From Camelus dromedarius (taxonomy: Eukaryota): a stretch of DNA of 64,000 nt. Shown here piece by piece: positions 1-13,518 of this stretch (the stretch's first letter is position 1; the number at the start of each line of letters is the position of its first letter). The notes below the pieces were generated by a model. It made no database searches and was not told the origin of the DNA. It was given only the letters and a program-made list of their open reading frames with translations. Where the stretch lies: positions 17,610,001-17,674,000 of the forward strand of contig NC_087437.1 in assembly GCF_036321535.1 (NCBI RefSeq), in the 5' to 3' direction. Both the position numbers and the translations under genes were made by a program.

Positions 1-885
1 AGTGTTGCTAGTAACATTAATTAAAAAAAAATCTAATGGTATCATAATATTCATAGCATTTTCGTTGCTTTTTCACTTAGTATTTTATCTTCCAAATCTT
101 TCCATGTTGAGATGTGTGTGTGTTGGCTCATTTAAATTTCTGTATAGTACTTAATTGAATGAACATGTGAAACTCTCCTCTTGATGTGGTCAAACACATC
201 AGATATGCCATCAAAAGTGTCTTCCTGAAGAAGTGGCCCCTGGGATTTTCTAACCTCCCCCAGTCAGAACTGATTGCCTTCTACGCTGGCAATGCATCTG
301 TTATCCTAAGAATTTCCCTTTTGCCTTTCCCGAATTGTATTTCTTCTTTCCTATTCCCTATCTTTCTCTTTCTTGGTTTAGCCCTTTGTTTTGGCAAAGA
401 CCCTGTTACAGTAGCTTCCTGAGAAATAATGCATGGGAGAGAAAATTTTTTGAGAACTTGAATGTCTCAAAATGCTTTATTTTGCTCTTACACTTACAGT
501 ACTTTTGTTGGACATATAATTTTAGATTGAAAATAATTTTCTTTCAGAAAAATTGTAGACGCGTCTTTAGACACCTTCTGCCTTTAGAATGGTATTATTT
601 AGGGTTGGATATTCTTACAATTTTTCTTCATTTAATTCTTCATATAATTTTTATTCTTATAATTTTTCTTCATTTGACACTTCTTGCTATTGTTTTTCCT
701 CTTTGGGAGTTTGAAGAGTCTTCTGGTACTCCAAACTTTCAAGATGGCACGTCCTGATGGGGGCTGTCACCCATTGTTCTGGGCAGTAACTGGACTCGTT
801 CAGTCTGAAAACTCATGTTCTTCAGATCTGGGAAATTTCTTGAATTATTTCTCCAATAATTTCACTCTAAGTTTTTATAGTTTCT

Positions 886-1022
886 TTCTCATTTATTTAT
901 TTATTTTCTAGGGTCAAACCATTTTATTGAGGAGATTCAGGGGAGGGTCAAAGGGCTGGCAGGACTTAGATCTGACATCCTCGTCTGGCTGGGATCTCTT
1001 TGACTTCACACTCACTGAAAGC
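886..1022 (-). pseudogene. 5'-truncated processed retrocopy of an unidentified mRNA 3' end
   Basis: GC-richer insert in T-rich L1; decayed poly(A) 886-907, AATAAA (tttatt 923-928), direct repeat tatagtttct 876-885 / 1023-1032. Confidence 0.65.
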
Positions 1023-3102
1023 TATAGTTTCTCTTTTAAAACTTTTCCCTCTTTTTAGACTTTACGTCCTACTTTAAGGGATAGTCTTTCAACTTTAACT
1101 TTTAACCCTCAGAATGAGGTAACATGGAGTCTGTTGTTTTCAAATTGCCCTGTGAACTTCTGTCTTTCAACTGGAGGACTTCTTCACATGCCTGGGACCT
1201 TTGGTTGTCCTCTCATATTTGAATGGGACACTAAACCTGATTGGGACTTGCTAACTGGAGGCTTCATATAGGCAGATTTGGCTGTGCCATTTGGTTTATA
1301 AACTCTCTCTGTAATTTTCTTTAGATCTTTTTCTTGGCACCTTTCCCCTAGAAAAGACTTTTCATGTTCTTGGTTGGAATATACGTAAGTCTGGCTGTCA
1401 GAATTTGGGGAACCAAGTAGAGAAAAAAAGCTGGGAGTGTCGACCTTCAGAGTTAAAACTTTTACTTTAATCTCCCTATTTTCCTAAGGTGCCCTTGCCC
1501 TTAACTAGGCTGGTGTCCCCCAACTCACAGTCTTTCTATTTCACCCTCTCCAGAGAATAAACTATGGGGTCAGGGAGGGGCAGTTTCCCTGGTGGGCAAA
1601 GTGAGGATGAGGACTTGGGGATCTAAATGCTTCTTAAATATACTTTAACCAATTTTTTTGTTTGTTTATAACTCATTTTTAGCCTCACGTCCAGTAGTAC
1701 TGGTAAAGTCAACTGATAAATCTTATGGTGATTTTGTTCAGTCTATCAGGTTGCTTTTTAATTTCTTCACTGCCAATCTAGAATTTGGCTTTCTGGGATC
1801 TGTTAACTAAGTTACTGCTCATCCACCTGCTTGTCGGATCACACATTTTGCTGCTGCTGTTTGTTTCCCCATTCCTTTTGTTTCTGTGGTTTTATGTCTC
1901 AGAAATCCGTTGACTGTTATTTTACTGGGATTTAAGAAGGAAGTGAAAGCTAACATACGCATCAGACTTTCTAGCTTTAATGGGAAGCCAATTTTGCTTT
2001 CTTTTTCTTTGTATAGTTTTGATTTTTATATTTATGCCTTTAATTCATCTGGAATGTATTTTTATGTCAGTTTATGTAAGACTATTGTTTGTTTTCTACA
2101 TAGAAAGCCAAATTTTCCAACATTATTAACTGAATATTTTATCCTTTCCCTTCTACCATATAAGCAGATCTCTATCTTATGCCGTATCTCCAGCCTTTCT
2201 ATTCTGTTTCATTCATCTCTTTATCTGTCTTTTCACTAATAGCATGCTGTTTTAATTACTATAAAGTTTATGATATCTTGATATGTACCAGCACGATCCT
2301 TGTTCTTTTTAAGAATTGTATCGACTCTTCTTGGAACTGTACTCTTCCATATGAACTTCAGAATTGATTTGCTAAATTCCACTCCTGTCACTGAGATTAG
2401 AATCACATTGATCTTAACGGAAAAAAAAATCACATCTTTATTCAGGTTCCCATCCATGAATGAGGTATATCTTATTTATCCAAGACTTCTTTTATGTCCT
2501 TTCTTAATATTTTATAATTCTCTCTTAAAATTTTTTGTTAGATTTATTCCTAGTCTTTTTTAAAGTTTTGCTGCTATTTAGAATTTTATGAGCATATGCA
2601 TTCTATTGCATTTTAAAATGGTTATTGCTAGTGTGTAGGAAAGTTACTGATTTTAGTATATTGACTTTGTAACCAGCAAAAAGTCTCTTGTTGCTTTGAA
2701 TGGTTGGTCTGTAGATTATCTTGCATTTTAAAGTAGAAAATAATAATTACAAATAGTAGCAATTTAATGTCTTTCCAAGTTTCTTGCTTTTGTTCCCCTT
2801 TTCTTACTGTGTGGTCTAGTACCTCTACAACAATGCTGATGCAAGGAGAGCAGCCATCTTTATTCTATTTCTGACTTTAACGGCGATGTTTCTAAATTCT
2901 CATCACTATGTGTTATGTTTGCTCTAGGTTTTGATGAATAGTTTTTTAAAATTCTATTAAGAGAATTCTCTCCTACTCACAGTTCACTAAAAGCATGTTA
3001 AAAGCCATGCATGGGTGTTTAATTTTAACAAATGATTTTTCAGCATCTATTGAGGTTTTCCCTTTTTACTTCATTAATGTGAGTAACATCTTAATAGATT
3101 CT

Positions 3103-3498
3103 TAAAAAAAATTTTTTTTAATTGAAGTATAGTCAGTTACAATGTGTCAATTTATGGTGTACAGCATGATGTCCCAGTCATGCATATATATATACATATA
3201 TTTGTTTTCATATTCTTTTTCATTAAAGGTTATTACAAGACATTGAATATAGTTCCCTGTGCTGTACAGAAGAAACTTGTTTTCTTAAAATCTATTTTTA
3301 TATATAGTGGCTAACATTTGCAAATCTCATAATCCCAAATTTATCCCTTCCCACCCCTTTTCCCTGGTAATCATAAGATTGTTTACTATGTCTGTGAGTC
3401 TGTTTCTGTTTTGTAGATGAGTTCATAGTGTCCTTTTTTTCTTTTTTCTTTTTTTAGATTCCATATATGAGTGATATCATATGGTATTTTTCTTTCCT
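3103..3498 (-). mobile_element. Camelid-type L1 3' end
   Basis: Shared 3'UTR 'attgaagtatagtcagttacaatgtgtcaa', ORF2 tail (IPYDITHIWNLK); perfect 14-bp TSD tcttaatagattct 3089-3102 / 3499-3512. Confidence 0.9.
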
Positions 3499-5231
3499 TC
3501 TTAATAGATTCTGATGGTGAAGTTTCTTTGCATCTTGGGCTGAACTCCAAATGATTATGATATAATTTAAAAAACACACTACTGGATTTGATTTATTAAT
3601 ATTTTAGGACCCTTTCATCTATGTTATAATTAAGATTGGTCTATGACTGTCTCTCTCTGTACTTCTCTAGTTTTGTTATTAAATTTGTTATTCACTTGGT
3701 AAAATTAGTTGGTGGCTTTCCTTTCTTTCTTCCTTGAAACATCTTCTATAGGATGAAGAGTATCCCTTCCTTGACATTTTGTGAAAATAATTCATAAAAC
3801 AAAATGGATCCTGATGGCTTAGGTATGGCAAAAATTTGACCACTGATTCTGTTTCTTGTTCCCAGCTTCTGACAAGACTCTGAAAGGATTGCTCTGTGGT
3901 TTATTGAGGTTGGTATGCCATCTGAGTTGAGTAAACTAACTAGAAACACATCTGTATTCAGGTACCAAAGAGAAGATGCTCTACCCCAGGTGGTACAGGA
4001 GATTGTCATGTACACCTTCTTTTTCAAGTGTATTGGCTTTATTGTGCTAAAAAGTAGATACTACCATAAAAAGAGGGAAGGATAAAACATACTAATAAAT
4101 TAGAATGACTTACAATGAACCCCAAATGATGCTAGGTTTGTTGTCTAATTTAAATTTGCATTATTTTAAAAAGCAACACTGTATATCATCTGGATAACTA
4201 TAGTTCCATAGCTTTTAAGGTAAAAAAAGGGAACACTCACCAATGTCTTTTGTAGTCTTGGGAGAAGATTACTCTGTTGTCTTGCAAACAGAGTTGATTC
4301 CAGAGCTTTGATTATGCAAAGGCACAGTCAGTGTTGGGTCAGAGGGTTGCTTTTGGAAATAATCTTAGAAGTCACATTTTTCTGGGATCTTTTTTTTTCA
4401 AAGCAAAATTTAAAACATTTCAAAGAACCTTCATTTTTAATCTTGTGGCTTCCTATGTTTAAGTAAAATTTTCACTTGAAATGAATACAGGCCTATCTCA
4501 GGAATTACTTTCCGAATCTTAAAGAACTTAGATAAGCTTCCTTCGTAAATTCAATTCTCTTTTGAAAAGAAATAAGTAATGATTTTCAAAGTACTTAATG
4601 TATTATAAAGGAGTGGCAATGAGAAATGAATTTCCTTTAATATAACCTCTTATTTTAAAAACATAGGTACAAATCTGACTGAAGGAAAGTCTTTTTGAGT
4701 ATATCAGTTGTCTTATCTCAAAACGGGGGTATGCACTGAAAACTGGGTCATAAAAACACAACCCTTAACTCCTGTTGCTAATTCAGGATGGCAAAACATC
4801 TGCTGGAGGAAGGGCATCCTTTTAAGTCCCATTAGTTAATTGCCAAGTAAAGCTGGATTTTGCTTAGTTTGTCATTTTAACCCATGGAGAACTAATTCTA
4901 AGCAAATAAATTAATTCTCGGTCTTTTAAAAATTTTTCTGCTTTTGATGTAAAGTGACATGATTGGGTTTCTTGGATCTTGTTTCAGGAGTAATGGAAGA
5001 ATCTGGCCTTCCATGAGATAGGTACCACTACAGCAAAGCAGGAAAAATGACACTTTGCTGTTAGCTGGGCTTGGTCCTCAAACCCCCAGATGGATTCCCA
5101 GGAATGAGGCTAATCTGGTGGGGGAACTACATCAGTGTACACTAGGTAGGCCTAAGTGGCCTCAAACCAATCACTTTTCTTTTCAGAATGATGATGATGT
5201 CCTTCTGTCCAGATAAACGGATATTTCCATC

Positions 5232-5339
5232 TTTTTAAAAAATTTATTGAAGTATAGTCAGTTACAATGTGTCAATTTCTGGTGCACAGCATAATGTTTC
5301 AGTCATACATATACATACATATAATCCTTTTCATATTCT
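5232..5339 (-). mobile_element. Short camelid-type L1 3' terminal fragment
   Basis: Same 3'UTR sequence as the 3103 copy. Confidence 0.85.
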
Positions 5340-5542
5340 GCTTTTACAGCTTGTGTTTTTGTGATCTGTGTCCATGTGCTTTCATCTTCTGCTCTGGGCA
5401 CATAATTCTGCAACCTTCCCATTAAGAATGACTGTTTAGTATTCAGTTGTCTTGATAGTCTGCCCGTTATTTAACTCTCTTTTCAATGTCTGGCTTTTGT
5501 TTTTTCACTTTTTACTTTGCAATTATGTGTATGTCTGTACGT

Positions 5543-5600
5543 GAGAGAGAGAGAATAACAGAGAGAGAGAAAAGGAGAAGAAAAGAGGGAAAGAGAGGAG
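5543..5600. repeat. (GA)n / purine-rich simple repeat
   Basis: gagagagagagaataacagagagagagaaaaggagaagaaaagagggaaagagaggag. Confidence 0.8.
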
Positions 5601-6735
5601 GTCACAGCCTGATTCCATGGTAGGGTTTGGAGTGTGATGTGATGAAGGATCTCATATTTGGACCTTTGGAGCTGGGTGACTGGGGCACTGAGGTAAGCAA
5701 GACAGTATATGCTGAAGATGCTGCTGTGGCTTGTCCGTCATGGGTGCTGTAAACCAGAGCATTCTACGAGATTCAGTTCAGCCCTCTGACAGCAAACCCT
5801 CATTGTCCCTTTTCAATAAGGTGATTATAGTGCTTGTACCTAACAGATGATTAAGACATATTTGGTTATTTGTCCATTGCTTCCCATTAAAGGTGCCCCA
5901 ATAGAAATGTAAACACTCTAGGTTTCTGTATCTTAGTAAAGGTCACAGGGAGAGACTCTGCCATATTTTTGTGATGTGGAGTGTCTGGGCTGCACTGAAG
6001 GATGCTGCGTGAGGACCAAAGGATGTTTATTATTCTAGTGCCAGAAGATGTGAATACCAGCTTAATAAGCTGCTCTTGCCCCCTTTTCTGATTTTCCACA
6101 TGGCTCCAAAAAAACCATCCTTAAAGGAACAAATTCTGTCAATCTCACTGTTTTTGGTTTACATTATTCCAACATTATTTTTGTGAGTCCTCCCCTTTCC
6201 CCCTCAATGGATTGCATGATATTTAAAAAATGAAATTAATGGATGCTTTCACTTGCTGGAATCACAGCCCTAGGAGCAGGAGAAGGAGAATGAGTCTACC
6301 TAGGAGAGAGGAGTTGTTTTAAATTTAATTTTCTAGCGTCTACTTGCTACAGCTAGTCTGGGTAAATGGATGAACAGTGAATAAAGAGAATGAACAGATA
6401 AATCAATATTAATGTTTTCTGTTCTGTGCCTCAGAATCAATCATAAGACTGTGGCTGGGTCCCAATTTTTGGCACCAATCAAAATGACAACCTTGGTTGC
6501 TGGGACCATTCCTTGATGCATTTGTTTTTGGAGGGCAGAGATAAACTACGGAAAGATGGAATGCTGTATTTTTCCACCCGAGACATTGTTTCTGCTGTTC
6601 TTGTCCTTTTCTCTTTTTAAAGAGGCCAACAAGGCCCTCTGGTCCAGGGCCATGTGCTAATGTTCCTGGAGTCACCACCATCCTGCTTAGAGCACAGGTG
6701 AACACAGCATCCCCTTCCCCGGGAGAGTCCAAGGA

Positions 6736-6796
6736 CTCTTCCAGTGTCATCATCTCAGCCATTCCCTCTTCCAATGTCATCATCTCAGCCATTCCC
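6736..6796. repeat. 30-bp tandem duplication (2 copies, 1 mismatch)
   Basis: ctcttcca[g/a]tgtcatcatctcagccattcc at 6736-6765 and 6766-6795. Confidence 0.95.
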
Positions 6797-6861
6797 ACAG
6801 AACGTCCCATCTGGAGACTTTATAAATGTGGTAGCAGGTAAGTGGAGAGCGCTGCCCAAAG

Positions 6862-7022
6862 CACTGGCTGCAAGATATGTGGGGTCTCGTGCAAAATGGA
6901 AGTGTAGGAGTCCTTGTTAAAATTATTAGGAATTTCAAGACAGTGACAGCAGAGTGTTAAACCAAGCTCAAGGCCCCTTCTGTGCGACTGCACAGGTCAC
7001 CAGCCTGCCCATGAAACTGGCT
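6862..7022 (-). mobile_element. MER91A-like non-autonomous hAT-Tip100 DNA transposon
   Basis: Reverse complement follows the MER91A consensus (ttcatgggc...gcttggtttaa...ctctgctgtcactgtcttgaaattc...attttgcac). Confidence 0.8.
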
Positions 7023-7349
7023 TTGTCTGTCAGGGGGTTGGCCTCCTGAAAACGATGCTTTCTTTAGAGACTCAGCTTCTCAGAGACAGAGACACCACAC
7101 CCAGAAAGATTTTCTTCACCCTTTTCCCCTCCTCTCTTGTCTGGTGATGCCGTGTCTCCCCACTGGCATCTGGCGTTCCTGCCCCAAACCCAAGGTCCAT
7201 CTCCCTGTTAACCGGCTCCTTTCCCACACTTCTTCTTGCTCCCGGCTGCGTCATCATTGACAAAAAAGATTCAAAGTGTCTCTGCTTGTTTATTCCTTCT
7301 CTCTTTCCATATCTGTGGGCTCTGACCTCAGGCACTCAGAATTGACCAC

Positions 7350-7975
7350 TTGTCCCCTACTCCACCCCTGTCACTCTGGTCCAAGCCACCAGGGTCCCTT
7401 GCTTGTGTGATTGCAATGCTACGGCCCAGAAGCTGCTCTCTGCCTTCCCTCCCCTCGGCTGCACCGTCCAGCTTGTGCTCAGAGAGCAGAGCCTGTCTCT
7501 CCTCTGCTCAAATCCCTCCAGGGGTTCCCATCTCCCTCAAGGTTCCCTTGCGTCCTAATCTCCTACTGCACGCCCACTCCGGCCTCCTTGCATTTCCTAG
7601 AGAGATATTTTTCACCAGGCATATTTGCAGGAGGGCCTTCGGGCTTCCAGTTACTTACAAGTGGAATGCTCATCCCCTAGACACCCACGTGGCTCCCTGT
7701 TCCCGGCCTCCAGTCTTTTAGTGACGCAGCAGTTGACACGCTCTCCGCTCCCCTACGCCCCCTAACGCTGCTGCTTGGTATTTCAGTTTCGCCCTTAGCA
7801 CTTAGCACCATCCGCCAAGCGCTCTGTTTCACTCCTGTATCTATGTATTGCCTGCATTATTCTACTAGAAAAACCTCGTGGGGGCGGGGATTTTTGTCAG
7901 TTCCCTTGTGAACCCCCAGGACCTGGGATGGTACCTGGCTTACAGCAGATGCTCACTCACTGTTGGCAGGAGGAT
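7350..7975 (+). mobile_element. L2 LINE 3' region
   Basis: 'ctggtccaagccacc' ... 'gtacctggcttacagcagatgctca' L2 3' motifs. Confidence 0.65.
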
Positions 7976-8089
7976 GGATCGCTGCCGGAATCTGGCTTCC
8001 TTGGGTGTTTTCTGCTGTATTTCAAAGCTGTCGGGCCTTTGCCTGCTGTAACCAGTTGGCGATCATTTCCTGAACATCCAAACTTACCC

Positions 8090-8520
8090 CTCATCCAGTT
8101 ATTCAGAAACGTGCTGGGAGCTGCGGGCACAAGAGTGAAGCAGAGAGGCTGACTTCCTGGTATTTACATGCTAGTAAGAGGGAAGCAAAAACAGAGACCA
8201 GAAAACAAAAGATAATACCTCAGGTGATTGTGACAAGGGTGTGGTGGTTGGCAGAACTGCAGCCTTATGTCTGGTGGTCTGGGAAGTCCTCTCTGGGGAG
8301 GGGACATTTCAGATGTGACTTGAATGATGAAAAGCCAGAAGGTGAGAATCTTCTGGGGGCGCTCCCAAGCCGTGGAAACCAAGCATGGCCAAGGAGCAGT
8401 AAGAAGCTGGTGCAGCCAGAGTGAGGGGAGAGAGGCAGCGATGAGGTCAGGGAGATGGGATGGGGAAACTTGCAAGCCAGGTAAGCAGTCGGAATTTGCA
8501 TCCAGGTTCTAGAGTCTAGC
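8090..8520 (-). mobile_element. L2 fragment
   Basis: 'ggtctgggaagtcctctctggggaggggacatttcagatgtgacttgaatgatg' antisense L2 motif. Confidence 0.6.
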
Positions 8521-9014
8521 TCTGTTCTGGCTGTCGGGTCTTAAGTGCCTCAGACACAGAGGCTTGTGGATGCTCTGTTCTCTGGAGCCCACATGATGGG
8601 TTTGGGAGTCAGGCAGACCTGGGTCCAAATTCCACATCTACTGTTTACCAAGGACCTGACTTTGGGTTTGGTTTCCTGAGCCAGTCCTCACTCAACAAAG
8701 GTTTACTGTTACTTCCTGTGTCCCTGGAGGGCCCCCTGCTGTGTGCCAGGGGTTAACTCTTCAGTGGCTGGGTCTGAGGAGATCAGGGGAAATCTTGGGG
8801 AAGAGACTTGAGGCAGTGGCTTGTTACCAACTGTGTGGAAGTATTTCAGAAGTGTAGTATTTTAAATGCGTGTTGTCAGAGACCAAGTCCAGTGAAAAGG
8901 ATACAAGATGGTGAAATATAATCACTTTCTACCTGACACCTATAGTCTGGGAGTTGGGCAGGAAAATGTCTTAACATACGTTGTCTTGTTTAATTTGCGT
9001 TCAACCCCAGTTAA

Positions 9015-9255
9015 GAAGCAGCACAACATGGCGGTCAAGAGTGTAGGCTCCGAATAGCTCTCTGTATTCAAATCCAGGCTGGGTCATCTGCTTAGATATG
9101 TGTCCTTGGACAAGTTGTTTACCATCTCTGTGCCTCAGTCCCCTCTTCAATAAAAAGGAGATAATAGTTACTCGGAGATGATATCAACTTCCGAGGGTGG
9201 GTGTCAGTGTCTGAATGTGGTTGTACAGATAACATAATTATGAGTGTCTGACGCA
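9015..9255 (+). mobile_element. MIR SINE
   Basis: MIR head and core 'gtgtccttggacaagttgtttaccatctctgtgcctcagt'. Confidence 0.8.
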
Positions 9256-9261
9256 CATTAC

Positions 9262-9385
9262 ACTATCCCCATTTACAGGTGAGAAAACTGAGGTTTGGTA
9301 ATTCATGAATCTTCTCAAGTTCACATTGATGGGAGTGGAGAAACCAGGACTGAAACCCAGATCCTTCAATTTAATCCTATGTTTT
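9262..9385 (-). mobile_element. MIR SINE fragment
   Basis: 'tatccccatttacaggtgagaaaactgagg' MIR core, antisense. Confidence 0.75.
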
Positions 9386-10132
9386 CTTTTCCAAACTAAC
9401 ACTTACTAAGGGGGCTGCTAGTGAAATTTTATGTGGAGGTCTATTAGAGTAATAGCCCTTAACTCAATGCTAAGTTGAAATGAAGTTTAAAAAAATACTT
9501 AAAAATTTTAATGTAATCCCATCAGAGGAAATTGAGAGGTAGAAGAAAAGCTAACCCTCTCGTTATACTTTGGCAGGTTGATTGCTCTGGATGGGTGAGA
9601 CAGGGCCCGAGGAGCAGTAGAATGGGCAGGAAACAGGATGGGACAGAATCTGTGACCTGCCCTGACTATGTTCCCATATTCCCACATTTGGGAGTGCCTC
9701 CACAGTGGGAGAACTCTTAGGGGAAACGGCCCCCTGGAGTCTTTAAAGAAGGTCTGCTCTTGCTGGTTATCACCGCCTGGAGAAGAGAGGATGCCTTGGG
9801 TCACTGGTGTAAGGAGTATGAGTGGTAGGAGCTCAGGCATTGGAACACATTCTAGAAGATTCTCAGTTCCCATCATCATGTTAAAGGCTCCAGGGTCAAG
9901 GAGTATGGCAGTTAAGACATGGTGCTTAGGTGAACTATTCCTGGACTTATTTCATGATGGATTAAAAAAAATTAATCAGTAACATCCCAGGCATTTGGAG
10001 ACTGTAGACGTACTTTGGGAAATGCTTCAATAGAACAGTAAGAGGAAAATATGTTGTTTTTTTTTTGTTTTGCTTTTGCTAAACTGATAGCATCACCACT
10101 AATTATCCTCTCCTGCAGGAGGTGAGGTTCTT

Positions 10133-10246
10133 CTTTTTATTAAAAAATTTTTTTTTACTTTTTTTTTTTTAACGGAGATACTGGGGATTGAACCCAGGAC
10201 CTCATGCATGCTGCACATGCGCTCTACCACTGAGCTATACCCATCC
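10133..10246 (-). mobile_element. tRNA-Ala-derived camelid SINE (Vic-1 type)
   Basis: rc reads gggtatagctcagtggtagagcgcatg...gaggtcctgggttcaatccccag (Pol III A/B boxes) followed by an A-rich tail. Confidence 0.9.
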
Positions 10247-10369
10247 TCTGAAAATATATTGTTTTGAGAAAAATGTTCAGAGATAATGATACAGAGGACC
10301 CAGAATGGGACTAAAGAATTCACCTGAAAGCAAAAGACAAGGGCACGAGTGAAATGAACAGCTCCCATA

Positions 10370-10372
<3 letters not shown>

Positions 10373-10420
<48 letters not shown>
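10373..10420. repeat. (GT)24 microsatellite
   Basis: Perfect GT run. Confidence 0.98.
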
Positions 10421-10421
<1 letters not shown>

Positions 10422-10779
10422 TGTGTGCCTGCATGGCCACCTTTGTGGATACTTTGTACCAACGTTCATATTCCTCTCACCACAAAAGACATCACTTTTA
10501 TGAGAACTGGTCTACAGCACGTGTAGTGGATATTTTTTTTTTTCCTCTTGGCATCCATTTCCCTTTTTTGCTCATTGGTGCCTCTGTTTCTTTTGGGGGA
10601 CATCTCCCTTTCCCTATTCTCTGTCCTTGTGGTTTAACAGGGTCTGTCCCTCCTCTGGCTCTAGGGGTGGTATCATCACATCCCCAAATATCGCAGGCCA
10701 GTGACTGGTTTAGGAGAACCAAAGACAGGCAATGGCACTCTTGCTGGCGGTGCTGGGGTGAGCATTCTCCACCCCACAC

Positions 10780-12500
10780 GCTCAGGGGCTGTTTCTGGTC
10801 TCTCTGTTCTAGTCCATCAGTCAGCTGGTTGATCCCTGTGCCAATAATGCTCTATCTTCAGTACTATAGTTTATGAGACATCTCAATATTTGATAAGATG
10901 ACTTCCTTACTTTCAGTGTTTAGGAGTATCTTGGGACATTTTGCTTTTCCACATAAAGTTTGGAATTAGCTACCCAGCTTCCTTCAAAACCCTGATTAGA
11001 ATTTGCAGTGAATTCACAGGTCATTTTGGAGATAATTGACATTATTAAGATTTGGAGCTTTCTTAAAAAGATGCATAAAGAGTAAGATTTTTTTTTAAAT
11101 GCCTACCAAGAATGAATTTTCTCTCCCTAGGGGTTGATGTCATCTCACTGAGTATGCATGTCTTAGATAAAAGACCAATATGAGACCTGAAGCACATTTT
11201 CTAGAATTTCTTTGCTGAACTTCTCCTGGTGGCACACTGTGAATTTTTGTTTATATGCAAGAGAGTTTTGCCGAGTATAGTTCCAGGTTGACAGTCATTT
11301 TCTCTCAGCACTTTGAACATATCATTTCACTGACTTCAAGTTTCCATGGTTGCTGTTCATTTGCTGTTCTTTTGTGGGTGATCTGTTTTTCTGTTCTTTG
11401 AATACCTTTAAGATCTCCTTGTCTTTAGTGGTCTGTACTTTCACCATAATGTGTCTGTGGGTTTATTTTTATTTGTCCTGCTTAGTCTATGTTGTACTTC
11501 CTATTTCTGAAGATTCATGTTTTATTATCAGTTCTAGAAAATTCTAAGCCATTTCCTGTTCAGTTTTCTCCTCCATTCTCTCTATTCTTTCCTCTGGTGC
11601 TCTGGTTGGATGCATGTTGCTCTTCCCCACACCTTTTAACTTTTTATGTTTTCATCTTTTCATTTGTCTGTGCTTGAAATGAGAGAATTTCTTCAGCTCC
11701 ATATTTCAGTTCATAGTTTTTTTTTTTTTCAGTTGTAGCTAATCTGTTCAACCCAACCATTTAATTTTAATTTCAAGTATTATATTTTTATTTCTAAAAG
11801 CATTTTTGGCCTTTTAAAGAACCCATTAGGTCATTTTTAATACCTTCTAGTTACTTGCTCACTGTTAAAATTCTATCTTTGATTCCTTTAAACATTTCAT
11901 AATAGTTACTTTAAAGTCTGCTTTTGAGAATATTTAAGGTGCTTGGATGTCAGCTATGTTTTTGTGTTTATACTGATTCTTATTCAGGCTTACTTGTTTC
12001 CTTGTGTGGGTTTTGTAGTTGTGTGTGTGTGTGTATGTGTGTGTGCACACGTGCGTGCATATGTTTACTCTGTGGGACTTTTGAGGGCCCAACATATGGG
12101 AAGGATTTTTCCATAGAGGAATTTTCTTGTGTCTGCTTGGAGCCAGTGAGAATTACTAAACTGGAAACACTTTAACTTCCTTTGAACATTCTGGAATAAT
12201 TCTGAAATCTCAAGTTCAACACTTTAATGAGGACCAAGGCTCAGTTTTCCAGTAGCAGATTTGATGTTAATAATGTCAACATTTTCAATCAGGGAAACCC
12301 TTTTTGCTTAACTTACTGCCCAAACTCCCAACATCAGGTTCAACTTGCTGTCTTTTTTCCTTCTTTTGAGATTTTCCTAAATTTCTGCATAGTCTAGTAA
12401 CTAACTAAAATTGTATCTGCTATAGTTTATCTAGGTTAGAATTATATTTTAGAATGAGAACCCTTCAGAATATCTCAACTGCCATGCTTCTGGAAGCTGA
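10780..12500 (-). mobile_element. Old L1M fragments
   Basis: T-rich antisense L1 phrases ('ccaggttgacagtcattttctctcagcactttgaacat'); approximate limits. Confidence 0.65.
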
Positions 12501-13139
12501 AGGCTGAAACACCTTATAGGTCTCTCTTGTATTACATTTTCACACAATATCTATATTGATCCTCACAACTTATAAAACACAAATACTCAATTTCATCCAT
12601 ATTCAAAATATGTATGGGAAAGTCCTGACTGTAAACATTTTTTAACCTATATATCCAAAAGGAAGTATACACATTCCTTAAGGTGTAAAGATTTTATGGA
12701 GCACAGTTAGCTAAAAATGATTCTGAGCTGTCTGTGTGGGTCATTTTGTTTTCTTACAGGAATCTTCAAAGGAGGTGAAACAGTCATATAAGTTATAAGT
12801 CATATAAGTTAGAGGAGGTAGGGGTGTAAAAATACAGTTGCCAAGTGTTACCTTCTACTTGATTGGAAGAGAGACAAACAGGGGTTTTAAGAAGTCAGGG
12901 AGAATGGCAGAGATTATCTTTCTGCTCTGCTTTCATCTTCTAATCTCCAAAGTTAAAGGAAGGAAAGAAATGGTTGCCCTTAGCCAAAAAGGTCTTGAGT
13001 GAGCTTGGAAGACATGGGGCTTGGATTTCTGACTTGCAGAAGGAGTTAGAATGAAGGGTTACTGGGCCTGAGAGTGACAGTTGAAATTCACTGAGAAAAA
13101 GTACCTGTAGAAATAAACTTCATTCTTCAAATTTTAAAA

Positions 13140-13470
13140 ATCATCTCTCCTTTTTGATTTTCTTATTAGTGTCTTTAATGAGTAAATTAAAAAACTTTTG
13201 GTGGGGTACAATTTATCAATTTTTTTCTTTTGCGATGAATGGTTTTTGTATCTTGTTCAAAATTGTGAAGATATTTTCCCCCTAGTTTCCTTTTAAAATT
13301 TGTATAGTTTAAACTTTTACTTTCAGAGCAGTTATCCATCTATAATTTTAAGTTATGAGGTAGGAGTTGGTTTTTCCCCCTATGTATTCATTTGTTCCAA
13401 CATCATTTGTTGAAAAGATTTTCTTTTCCTTTTGAATTACTTTGGCATCTTTGTCAAAGATTGATTAACC

Positions 13471-13518
<48 letters not shown>

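Larger units (their letters stand above)
330..3860 (-). mobile_element. Old L1M (L1ME-like) LINE fragments, interrupted by younger insertions
   Basis: Long T-rich + strand with antisense-L1 phrases (e.g. 'ttttcagcatctattgag', 'ggatttgatttattaatattttagg'); heavily decayed, boundaries approximate. Confidence 0.7.

Noticed and set aside
4988..5021. Possible 34-nt exon (ttgtttcag|...ATAG|gtacca); similar acceptor-like sites near 5187, 12759 and 42970
   Set aside because: Weak donors and no coherent reading frame or homology; such sites are expected by chance in T-rich DNA.
10170..10246. tRNA-Ala-like genes (also ~40350, ~45990, ~57265, ~57710)
   Set aside because: Altered 5' ends and anticodon arms, A-rich tails and dispersed near-identical copies identify them as SINEs.
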